A DNA stretch of 64,000 nucleotides, from positions 1,054,001 through 1,118,000 of the forward strand of contig JBODTK010000014.1 of the NCBI GenBank assembly GCA_050613775.1. The letters run 5' to 3'. Positions 52,900 through 64,000 of the stretch are shown here, one piece after another. The notes below the pieces were generated by a model. That model saw nothing but the letters and a program-made list of their open reading frames with translations, did no database searches and was not told the DNA's origin. The stretch's first letter is position 1, and every line of letters starts with the position of its first letter. This DNA is from Neocallimastix sp. 'constans' (Eukaryota). A program made the translations under genes and the position numbers.

Positions 52900-53720
52900 A
52901 GTCTGAAGGAAATAAATTTGTTTTCCACTAGAAGAATTCACAGCCTCCATGGTTCTGTCTTGATTACCTTAGTAGGGGAGTCTTTTATGAATGAAGTTAG
53001 TAGTATCGACTGCATACTCCCAAAATTTACGACAAAGATGAGCTTAGTTGAGTACTGCTTTAGCAGAGGAAATATGGATACAATTAAATCTTTCTACTCG
53101 ACTATTTTGAGAGAGATTATACGGAATGGTGAATTGATGTTTGATCCCATTTTCTTGACAGAAAGTTTGAAATTGACCGTTTTGAAATTCATTTCCATTG
53201 TAGAACGAATGACTTTTATAGTTATATTTTTAGAATTGTATATTTCATTGTACCAAATAATGAATTTATTGAGTACCTCACTTTTACTTTCAGTGAAGAT
53301 TACTCAACAGAATCTTGAATCATCGTCTAGATAATGAGAAAGTATTTATTGTTGTTAATGGAGTTGATGATAGGTCCAACAAGATCCATATGAATAAAGA
53401 TCTAAAATTTGACTTGTTTTGTTTGTTGAAACTTTATAAGATTTATTTTTTAATTTGAAGTTGATGCATGTTGTGCATTTAACTTTTATATTAATATTGT
53501 TTTATTTTTCTTGGATGGCATCTATGTCAGAGGTCTATTTGATTTTTATTTAAATAATTGTGGTTGATTTCATAAGAATTATTTGTTTTATTTTTGGTAA
53601 AATAAATTTGTTGAAGTGATTATTTTGAAGGTGTTTTGATTATCTGATATTGATTTATATATTTTGTTTCTTTTATTGTCATAAATTATTGCTTGTGGTG
53701 AATTATTATAATTTCTAACC
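52900..53720 (-). pseudogene. Copia integrase remnant
   Basis: Manual minus-strand translation: MDLVGPI...LDDDSRF...NGNEFQN...NGIKHQFTIPYN..QNSRVERFN...FWEYAVDTTNFIHKRLP. Confidence 0.85.
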
Positions 53721-56700
53721 ACACTGATTAGATTTTATTTAATTTAAAAATAAATAAATTTTTTAAAAAAAGGAAAGCTTTAAATTAAAAGTTAATCATA
53801 CAAATTAAAATGATTTATGAGGTACAAACAAATAATATAGTAATATAAAATGATTTTTCTTTAAAAAAAAAAACAATATATAATAAAGATATTTAAAAAA
53901 AAATTGTAAAGTAAACCTTTCATGAGATTCAAAAAATATTGAAATACAGAAATGACTTTATTTTATAGGTTATATATAGTAAAATATTAAACATTCACCA
54001 ATAAATAAAACTATAAATTTTAAAACTGTCACTTCTCTCATATCAATCTTTATTATTTATATTAATAAATGTTGATTTGATGGCTATAAATAATAGAAAT
54101 CAATATCAATAAGTTACATTAATTATTAATAAAATAAGTAAATTTATTTGATATTAAAAATTGAATATATAAATATATATCTTAGACTATTTAAATTTAA
54201 GGATTAAATTAACTTAAGAAAAAAAATATAAAAGGATTCCAAATAAATTTGAAATTTCTTAGTAATATTTATTTAAAAAATTTAAGCAAATTTAAAAATC
54301 AATAAGATATTTTTAATTAAAACAATTAATATATACTTCAAGAATTTAAACAAAAATGCTAAGAATGAAAAACGACTCTAGAAACTAAATCATTGACATA
54401 TTCGAAAATAATTTCTCTACAAAAGAATTTTCTTTTAATTATTCAAAAAATTTAATTAAGTCATTGAGTTGAACAAAGAAAATTTCTATAAATGGAAAAC
54501 AAATATCATGTACCTCCTAACCATCAATAACTTAGATGAATATGTAAATCACCAAAGGTCAAAAAGCCAAGAAATAAAGATATAAAAGAAAATTTAGATA
54601 ATTATAGCATAGACACATTTGACTCTTCACTTTTCTATGATACTAACACAAGTGAAAAGGATATCAAAACGATATCCTAGTAAAATAGATCATTACGAAT
54701 AATCATGGAAGTAAAACTAAGGAAATTCTGAAAGGTCATAACAAAACAGCCTTTCAATTATGGAATTTCCTTCATGAATCCTTTACTTTTGGGGAGGAAC
54801 ACAGGAAAATGATATTAAAAAATAAAATTAATCTTTTAAAATTTGACATTAATGGAGATATATATATTTTCCTAACTACAATTCAAAATATGTTAGATGA
54901 GCTAGAAATTATTGATTCCGATATCTCCAATAAAACAAAAGTAGGAATGCTGAACTGAGCTTTTATTGATTGAATGTAATCTTGAGATTACTTTATTATT
55001 AATTTTATTTATTATTTAATTTAAGATTAATTTTTATATTTTTCATTAATTATTAAATAAATATCTTATACTTCTACAATATGTATATTATACAATGTAC
55101 ATAATGGTTAAGCCATAATTACAATACATTTAATTATAATTAACTATTAACTAAATCTAAGAAATAAATATATATAAAATATTATAAACTTTATTTCTAA
55201 CACACCTCCTAAAGTTTAGAATATTAAAATTCATACATAATTAGATCTCTAAACTTTTTCATAGCATTACTATTTAAGTATTTTGTAAAACCATCTACAA
55301 GATTATCTTGAGATTTTATGTAATGAAAACGAATTTTATTTCCTTTAATGTAATCCCTGACAAGGTGATATTTGAGATCAATATGCCTCGTGTTTTGATT
55401 TATGGTTTCGTTCTCGCTGATGTATAATGTGGCTTTGTTATCTTTGTTATCTATATTTATATTAATGGGTTTGCAGTTTTCACCCAATTCATTAAGAATA
55501 TTTTCGTACAATATGCATTGATTTGCACATGAACCTAAGGCATAATGCTCACTTTCGGCGGTTGATGAAGATACAATGTGTTGTAATTTTGAGGGCCAAC
55601 CAATAGGACCTGTTCCAATTAATATGATGATACCTGTTGTTGATCTTGTTGTTTCATCTCCTCCAAAATCTGAATCTACATATGCTCTTATCAAATTATC
55701 TTCGTTCCATAATCTTCCTGACTGTTTTAGTTTGTATAGTGCTTTCTTTAGCTTCCAGTATCCTTTCCTACAGCCTTCTGAGCCTTCTGGAACTTCCATG
55801 TATATATCTTCGTCTAGTTTCGCATTTAGATATGCAGCTTTAATATCGATTTGGTAAATACTAAAGTTGTACTGTACTGCTAGTGCAATAAAAAGTCTTA
55901 AATTCTGACTTTAGTGTAGGTGAAAATGTTTTATTGTATTCTATTCCTTGTTTTTGTGTGAATCCTCTTGCTACTAGTCTAGCCTTCCTCTTATTTATAG
56001 TATTATCAGAGTTATATTTATATTTAAATACCCATTTTGCTGAAACTAAATTAGTGTTTTTTTGAATTGACTTAACAAATTCATAAACATTTAAATTTTT
56101 CATGTTTAACAATTCGTCATTTAGCACTATTAGCGATTTATTTTTATCAACTTTATTGAATATATCATTGTATTTGCGTGGTTCTTGTAAATTACTTAAT
56201 AAGGATAAATTGCTTTCTAGTATATCCCTAATATTAAATGACTTTATTTTCTTATTCTTCTGTTCTTCATTCTGATTTTCTCTCTCTCGTTTATTTCTTG
56301 AAGCATTATTGTTTATTTCTTTGTTTACATTTTTATTAGTACTATTTGTTGTATTAGTGTTATATTTATTACAAGAATCTTTATTAATATTAATGTTATT
56401 TTCATTAATGTCATTATCATTTAAATGAACATAAATTCCATTACTATCTTTAATAATAATATTACTATTATTATTTATATTTTTAATATTTTGTTTATTT
56501 TTATTTAATTTTAAATTATTTTTATTTTCAATTAAATTGTTTTTATTCTTGTTTACATTATTTATTAAATTAATCTCAGAATTTAAATTCAAGTTGTCTG
56601 AATGATAACTTTTACCTTTATTAATACTATTAATATTATTGTCAATAGCATTCTCTATAGAATTTAAATCCTTACCTTCATTAATGTTTACATTAGATGA

Positions 56701-57255
56701 TATGTTATTTTTATTATTTTCATTTAGTTTATTTAAATTTTGTTTATTTTCTTTTAAATTGTTGTTATTTTGATCAATTTTATTATTATTAACAATATTA
56801 TTATTATTATTATAAGTACCTTTTATTTGCTCAACGTTTAAATTGATTTGTTAATTTAAATTAGATTTTAAATTTAAAAATGCATTAAATGGATTGTTAT
56901 TTTGATCATTCAAATTATTATTTAAATTTAATATAAGTTATTTACATTCTAAAATAATTGACCATTATATTCATTTGAAAGATAATTATAATTCTTATTT
57001 TGAATATATTATATTTATGTAAGTAATCTAGATTATTACAATCATTTAAATTTTGAAATCCTGCATTGTAAATATGCGGATTTAAATAGTTTACAAAAGG
57101 TAAATTATTATATAAAGACCATTTATGATTATAATTAAAATAATTTTGATAAATTTTATTTGGGTAAATTATATTGGTAGGTGGCAAATTATTATTTAAA
57201 TTATTTAAATTATTATTATTGGAATTAAGGTTTTTAAGGTTTAATATTTTAATAT

Positions 57256-58231
57256 TGTTCAAGGTTGTGAATTCAGAGAACACGAAAATATGGCACACCT
57301 GGTGATTTGTATATATTTATTATATATTTTTATTTATTTATTTATTTTTATTTGTTATATAAAAAATACATATATTTTATTATTATAAAATCAACAACCA
57401 AATTAATAGTTTAATTTTAATTAAACTATAAAATAACTATATACAAAATAAAGTTATAGCTAATGAAGCTTTATGAGGCGTAATATATATGTTGTGCATA
57501 ATGTTGTTATGACATTCATAATACTTAACATTCCCCCTACATTTGCATTAACATATTTACAAAAAATTTTATTTTTTTTTTATATTTATTAAATTTTTTA
57601 TTAATAAAAAAAAATTTTTTTTTTATTCGAAAATAAAATCTGTAAAAATTTTCATTTTTGGTCCTGAAATATTTTTTGTTAATGAGCCTTTTACCATATT
57701 ATTTGTTTCAACATATCGTAATGTTATTTTTCCTTCATTTATTTCTTCATTTACGTATTTGATTTCCATATATTTACATCTCGCATTAGAATTTTCATCT
57801 TCGGCGATATATTTACAAGATTTATTGTCAATATTTATTTTCAAAATAAAATTGTTTTTGAAAATTTCTCTCAATAATTTTTGTAGCCACATACCATGCT
57901 TAGTACATTCAGTTAGGCTGACAAATTCTACTTCTGCTGTTGATAAAGTCACACATTTTTGTAGTTGTGATTTTCAAGAAATAGGACTATTTCCATTAAG
58001 AAATATATATCCTGTTGTTGATTTTCTTGTTTCTTCATCTTCATCAAAATCTGCATCACTATAAACGGATATGTTTTTATCTCCTATATAATGAATTGAT
58101 TTTTCTTTTGTTGAATTTAAGTATTGTAGAATCATATAAGTTGATTTTAAGTCTACTTCTCTTGGATTTTCTGAATGTCTTGCTGCTTGATTAACAGCAA
58201 AGGCTATATCTAGTCTTGTTTTAGTAGCTGA
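57256..58231 (-). mobile_element. 3' end of a different Copia family (E) nested in D
   Basis: TRLDIAFAVNQAAR...YSDADF...RKSTTGY...LSTAEVEFVSL; PPT GTAGGGGGAA at 57531-57540; LTR TGTTAAG...GAACA at 57530-57256. Confidence 0.8.
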
Positions 58232-59323
58232 GATTTCGCTTTGGTTATTGATTAATAATTTCTACATCTACACCTCGGTTTTGTACAGTAATTGAATTCT
58301 GCTTGGTAGTTGGTGTTATAATCCTCAAATAGTGTATCCGCGAAATTACATTCGTTATCACTGTTTTTTATTTGTTTACCTTTTTCTTCTAGGCTATTTA
58401 CTTGTTCCCTTTTATTTCCTATATTATTTTTATTCTTTGGGTTGTGCCAACAGTATTTTGCTTTATGTCCTTGTTTGTTACAAATATAGCATTTTATTTG
58501 TCAATTATTTTTTTTCTTTTAATTTCAGTACTAAGAGTGACTGAATTCTTAATTTCTTTACTTTTATTTACAAGTCGTTTTACCTTTAATTCCTTTAAAT
58601 CTTTAAAATATTTTAATTCAGGCACCATTGTTTTTAAATATTCAGAAGCGTCTTCCCATTTTCTTTTGAATGACATAAGACTTATTTCCATTGATATCTG
58701 GGTAGGAATAGCTGTATATAAATAATTAAATTTCTTTTCTTTGGTCATGCGATGGTCTAGGTCCTCTAACTCATCAAATAACATATTTAATTCGGAAATA
58801 AATTAGCTAATATCGTTTTCTGGGTCATAAGAAATGTTCTCTAATTATTCCTTAATTTCAATAATTCGTTCTTCTTTTCCTTTGACATTCATTCCCTCTA
58901 TAATTTTGTATATCTAGTATGCAGTTCGGGTGTCAAAATTAAGACTCTGCTTTATTTCTTCTGAAATACTATTGTTTAAGTAGAATTTTGTTTCATTGTC
59001 TGAGTCTATTTGTTCATCTGATATTTCCTTCTTCAACTTTTTTGTATTTGGTTTCTTCACCTTTTAGTATCTCGTAGTTCCTTACGTATTTGAAAGTTTC
59101 TTTAGTAATATATTTTCTTAGTCTATGGTAGTTCAGTAACAGTTTCATTTCTTGGCTCCGTAGCCTGAAGTTGCCCCTATTAAGAATAGTCTTAGTGGCT
59201 ACTTGGCCTCCTTTACCTTTATCTGTCATTTCAATTTTTGTAACGTTAAATATTTTTTATTTAAATATTTTTTATATTAATACGAGGTATATTTGCTAAA
59301 TACTCAATTTTAAGTAAAGTCAC

Positions 59324-59337
59324 TGAGACTCTTAATC
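59324..59337 (-). promoter_or_regulatory. PBS GATTAAGAGTCTCA (half-tRNA-Lys type)
   Basis: Plus strand TGAGACTCTTAATC abutting the 5' LTR of element D. Confidence 0.85.
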
Positions 59338-60976
59338 TTTTATTGATTAAATGTAGATTGCTTTATATTTATTATTAATTTTATTTATTATTAATTATAG
59401 ATTAATTTTTATATATTTCATTAATTATTACATGAATATCTTATGCCGCTACAATATGTATATTATACAATGTACATAATGGTTAAGCCATAATTACAAT
59501 ACATTTAATTATAATTAACTATTAACTAAATATAAGAAATAAATATATATTAAATATTATAAACATTATTTCTAACATGAGCTTTGCCTGAAAACCTAAG
59601 ATGGATCAATGTATTTCAATTCAACAACAACTGAAAAGAATGTTGTAATTATCTCATACGAATTATTCCTGATATCGCTTTTTCTCAACTCAAGGAAAAA
59701 AGAATTAAAAAAAAAAATCTGAAGAAATTTTCCATTTACAAACACATTTTAAAAAAAAACCTTCAAACAAAAGGAAGAAGAATCGAAGGTTTTTTCTTTA
59801 TGGAAAATACGACCATTATGGTAATAATTACCTCAAAAATAAAAGAAACAAATATAATAAATTAAAAATAATAAAAATAATAAAAATAATATAAATAATA
59901 AAAAATCATTTTTGAAGTTCAATAAAAACAATATTAATAATAAACAAGTTTATTCAATCAATAAAGATAATTATCAAGATGATTTTTCAAAAGACCATTT
60001 TTCACAACGCAATAGAAATTAACAACATAGAAATCAACAATGAAAGTAACAACATTTCAACCAATGTAATCAATATTAATTTTACAATTTGGATTATAGA
60101 TTTTAATAAGTACAACTAATAACGCTCAATGATTTACGAAAATATTTTAATATAAACCTTATTTAATAGAGAAATTTATTATTTATCTGAAATAATAAAT
60201 TTAATTATACAAAAAATTTATTTTTGTTTACTTTTTTATTTACTAAAACAATAATTATGAATATAACACCTTCTTTTTTTCTTTCTTTTAAAAATCCTAA
60301 GCTACTCTCTTAAAAAAAAAAAAGTTATTTATTTTTATTTTTTTTTTTTTTAATCATACTATATTTGTATTAATGACTAATTAATATATATATAAATATA
60401 TAATTTTTTTTAATATTGTTATATTAACATACTCTTCTGTTTACTTTCTTTTATTGGAAGGGCTCTTTAAATGACTAAATTAATTTAATATAAATCAATA
60501 TTTAATTTAATTAATATTAGATAATAATTTGAAGAAGATTATGTAATAATAATTTCATACATTCCGTTAAAAATATAAACATTTATCATTTAAGATTTTA
60601 ATATATCATTAACCAATAAGTTATTATAAATAAATTAAATATACTTATATAAATTAAGAGAAATAAAATTCTTCTTAAAAATATCTTCTCTATTTTTATA
60701 ATTAATAAATACTTTATAATAAAATATTTTAAAACACATTCTTATCTTTATAAAATAAAACAATATTTGTATTTATTAAATTGAGTGTCTCTTATCCTTC
60801 TTTAACAGATTAAGAGTCTCAATCTCAACCGATTGAGAATAAAATAAAAAAAAAAGCTAAGTGTTATTCAATATATATAAATTTAATTAACTGAATATTA
60901 CAAAATTCTAATACCTATATTTATATATGAAAAATACTATTATTTTAATATTAATTAAAAGGAACAAATATAACTA

Positions 60977-61236
60977 TCCTCTTGAAGTATACAAAATTGA
61001 AATAAAAGTCAGCTATGCAAAAAATAAGCTGAGAATCAAAACAAAAGTCAGCTATGCAAAAATAAGCTGAAATTTAAAACGAAGGTCAGCTATACAAAAA
61101 TAAGCTGAGAATTGAAATAAAAGGTCAGCTGTGCAAAATAAGCTGAGAGTTAAAATAAAATACAAAATTAAATAAAATAAATATAATTCAAAGTTATATG
61201 AATATTAATATATAAGACATATATACTTCAAGAGGA
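60977..61236 (+). repeat. 15-bp perfect inverted repeat enclosing four ~39-bp hairpin units
   Basis: TCCTCTTGAAGTATA (60977-60991) pairs with TATACTTCAAGAGGA (61222-61236); TCAGCT...AGCTGA at 61009, 61048, 61086 and 61125. Confidence 0.9.
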
Positions 61237-61983
61237 AATTCAAAATATTATGGTCTTGAGATCGATATTATACAAAAGTCTACATTAAAGGATAAAAAAA
61301 ATTACAAATATAACTAATTAAAATATTATTTTAATATATATAAATTTATTGTATTTATTTATATATTTAAAATCATATTTTCATTAAACATAACAAAAAA
61401 AAAAAAAAAAAAAAAAAAACCAATCATAATAGAAATATTAAATATATTTCCAAGTTAATATAACAGATAAATTATGGCATGTAAACTTAATTAAATAAAT
61501 ATCCAATAACAAAAGAACAATCATTAAATATTAATAATATAATGTCTTATGACATGATTAAACGGCACACACATGAATCATAAAAATATGAAACAATAAT
61601 TTAAAGGTAACAACTTTAGTCAGGGAATATTACCATAACATATAAACAAAATACAATAAAATATAAATTAAACCTAAATAATAGATGGTCAAACTATTGA
61701 ACAGAATTATATTACATAATTTAAAATTCTATTAATTTAATATAAACGATAGTCATATTATTGATCATTTTCACAGGAATGATAATAATTTAAGTTTGTT
61801 CCTAAAATAATAACAATCAATATCCAGTGATATACAAAATTTAATATAAATCATAGGACTATTAATAAACCAAATAAAAAGTAAATAAAATTTTTAAAAA
61901 ATGTACAATTTTTAAATACAATAAAAATAATACTACAATTAAAATAAACAAACTCTAAACAACATATTTCAAAATTAATTAAA

Positions 61984-63768
61984 ATGGCTAGAAGAACAAA
62001 TAGACTCAATAACAATCAAATAACTAATATTACTGAAGAAAATCCAAACCCAAAAGGATTCTCCTTTAATTATTCAGAAAATTTTAATCATGTTACTGAA
62101 CTGACTACGGAAAATTTCTTAAATTGGAAAACCAATATCCTCTACCTTTTAAGCATTAATAATTTAGACAGCTACATTGGGGATCAAAAGGTCAAGAAAT
62201 TAAGAAAAAAGGATATAAGAGGAAATTTAAACGATTATATTGCGGATAAATTTTATACATCTCTTGTATATGAACTCGGAACGTCGGAAGAAGACATCAA
62301 AAATGATATACTTGTCAAGTGGATAATCACAAACAGTCTCGGTGAAAATACTAAAAGGATCTTGACTAGTCATAATAAAACTACCTACGAAATTTGGAAA
62401 CTACTTAATAACTCGTTCGCAATGGGAGAAGAACATCAAAAGATGATATTAAAGGATAAACTCAATAAGTTAAAATACAACATGGAAGATGACATACACA
62501 TATTTCTATCAAAATTTCAAAACTTAATTGATGACCTTGAGAGAATAGACAGTGACCTTAGCGATAATGTAAAGGTTGGGATGTTAAATCGATCTTTACC
62601 AGAAAACATTCGCTGGGTAAATGTCTTTCAATTCAATAATAGCTGGAAGGGTTGCTGCAGTTATCTAGAGAGAATTATTCCAGACATAATATTTTCAAAA
62701 ATTAGAGAAAATACTATAACCGAGAATCAACAAAGTATCTTTAATGTTACAACACACAACAAGAATAACAATGACCAAATTAAAAAGAATAACAAAAGAA
62801 AAAGAAAAAATGGTAAATGCTACTTGTGCGGAAAATATGGTCATTATAAAAAGGAATGCTGGAGAAATAAAAAGAGTAACAACAAAAAGAAGAATAGATA
62901 TAACAATAAAAGTAGAAAATTAAACCGCAAAAGAAATTATAAGTCTAGCAAGAAAAATACTGATAAAAATAACAATTATAATATTAATAATATAAATAAT
63001 TATAACAGCGACATTCAGGAAGATTTTTCAACTGACTATAATACTGAAAAGTGTTTTGAAATTAATTCCGCAATAATCAATAATAACAATCAATCTGACA
63101 TAATCAACAATAATAATATCACATGCTGGATACTTGATTCTGGAGCTTCCATCAGCATAACAAATAATTTAAATCAATTAACAAATATAAGAAAATGCAA
63201 AATAAATATATCTTTACCAAATGGCAAAGAAATAATCGCAAGTCACTTAGGCAATTTTGAAGGATATATAAATAATCATAAATTTGTTTTAAAGAATGTA
63301 TATTATTCAAACCAAATATATAAAAACATAATATCAATTAATCAATTAATGTTACAAAATTATAAAGTCGTTTTCAATAATTTTAACAATTTACTAAGAG
63401 CTACAATTTACGAGAATAATGGTAATAGAGTATGTGACATTCTTTCAAATCTTAATAATACTTTTAAAATTTATTTTTCAAAGTTTCCAATAATATTCGA
63501 TAAAAAATATTCATATATCACAAACGAAATTAATTACACACACTTAAACAAAAGTCAAATTATGGACCTCTGGCATCGCCGCCTTGGTCATTTCAACATT
63601 TCCTTAGTCAAAGATAAGTTAAATAAAATAATTCCACCAGAAAAATGCCAAATATGTATTAACTCAAAACTCAAAAATAAACCATATAAAAACGTTAAAA
63701 ACAAAACTTTTCACATTTTTGAGTTAATCAATATGGACTTGGTAGGACCAGTTACAACTTTTCCTTAA
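61984..63768 (+). CDS. Copia gag-protease-pre-integrase polyprotein; frameshift at ~63760, integrase continues in another frame
   Basis: LTTENFLNWK; CYLCGKYGHYKKEC; WILDSGAS; LWHRRLGHFN; MDLVGP; after the shift, LNGYKYFLTILDDFSRFGW...RTDNGKEF. Confidence 0.9.
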   Translation: MARRTNRLNNNQITNITEENPNPKGFSFNYSENFNHVTELTTENFLNWKTNILYLLSINNLDSYIGDQKVKKLRKKDIRGNLNDYIADKFYTSLVYELGTSEEDIKNDILVKWIITNSLGENTKRILTSHNKTTYEIWKLLNNSFAMGEEHQKMILKDKLNKLKYNMEDDIHIFLSKFQNLIDDLERIDSDLSDNVKVGMLNRSLPENIRWVNVFQFNNSWKGCCSYLERIIPDIIFSKIRENTITENQQSIFNVTTHNKNNNDQIKKNNKRKRKNGKCYLCGKYGHYKKECWRNKKSNNKKKNRYNNKSRKLNRKRNYKSSKKNTDKNNNYNINNINNYNSDIQEDFSTDYNTEKCFEINSAIINNNNQSDIINNNNITCWILDSGASISITNNLNQLTNIRKCKINISLPNGKEIIASHLGNFEGYINNHKFVLKNVYYSNQIYKNIISINQLMLQNYKVVFNNFNNLLRATIYENNGNRVCDILSNLNNTFKIYFSKFPIIFDKKYSYITNEINYTHLNKSQIMDLWHRRLGHFNISLVKDKLNKIIPPEKCQICINSKLKNKPYKNVKNKTFHIFELINMDLVGPVTTFP

Positions 63769-64000
63769 ATGGTTATAAATATTTTCTAACAATCCTGGAT
63801 GATTTTTCACGTTTTGGATGGATAATCTTCATTACAAATAAATATGAAACTTTTGAAAAATTTACTCTCTGGTATAACAGAATATCAAATATTTTTAATA
63901 CTAAAATAAAATATATTCGAACTGACAATGGTAAGGAATTTAAGAACAAAAGTTTTGAACAATTCTGCCAAACTAACAATATTATTCAACAATTTACAGT

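Larger units (their letters stand above)
54961..59577 (-). mobile_element. Ty1/Copia element D: both LTRs, perfect TSD TGAGC, internal deletions
   Basis: LTRs 59338-59577 and 54961-55202; TGAGC at 54956-54960 and 59578-59582; PBS 59324-59337; gag from 59229; RT joined to RNase H at ~55700 (LWNE|DNLIRAYVDSD); PPT AGGAGGTG at 55203-55210. Confidence 0.95.
54365..60110 (+). pseudogene. Older Copia gag (family of the 61984 ORF), split by insertion of element D
   Basis: 54365-54960 ends KVGMLN*A and 59583 resumes LPENLRWINVFQFNN, collinear with KVGMLNRSLPENIRWVNVFQFNN in the 61984 ORF; ends at WIID, ~60100. Confidence 0.9.
60565..64000 (+). mobile_element. Ty1/Copia element F (5' LTR, PBS, long structured leader, gag-PR-IN); runs off the window
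   Basis: LTR ends TTTAACA at 60807 (start ~60565 uncertain); PBS 60808-60821; ORF from 61984. Confidence 0.85.

Noticed and set aside
52885..53334. 149-aa plus-strand ORF
   Set aside because: Antisense shadow of a decayed Copia integrase on the minus strand.
63755..63770. Programmed ribosomal frameshift in Copia F
   Set aside because: It falls inside the integrase core rather than at the gag-pol boundary; more likely a mutation or a homopolymer sequencing error.

Overview
Extremely AT-rich eukaryotic DNA with no recognisable intact host gene. Composition and the Asn-rich retroelement proteins suggest an anaerobic gut fungus (Neocallimastigomycota), but that is inference only. The window is a graveyard of nested, internally deleted LTR retrotransposons. 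Ty3/Gypsy: several remnants, two with a classical tRNA-Ala PBS, plus two solo LTRs with 5-bp TSDs. Ty1/Copia: at least six elements, plus a complete 1.2-kb non-coding TRIM-like element. Main highlights: (1) a decayed, compact, highly divergent gene for a multi-subunit RNA polymerase largest subunit (36152-37650, minus strand), essentially missed by the ORF track and probably an endogenised virus or linear-plasmid fossil; (2) a Copia lineage whose PBS (GATTAAGAGTCTCA, six copies) matches the anticodon arm of tRNA-Lys(CUU) in the same register as half-tRNA priming, always next to a self-complementary anti-PBS; (3) two TSD-delimited Copia elements with non-canonical TG...AA LTR termini; (4) arrays of small repeated RNA hairpins, some with compensatory changes, in the leaders or internal regions of three element types. 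All coordinates, alignments and extra translations were done by eye; boundaries marked ~ are approximate.
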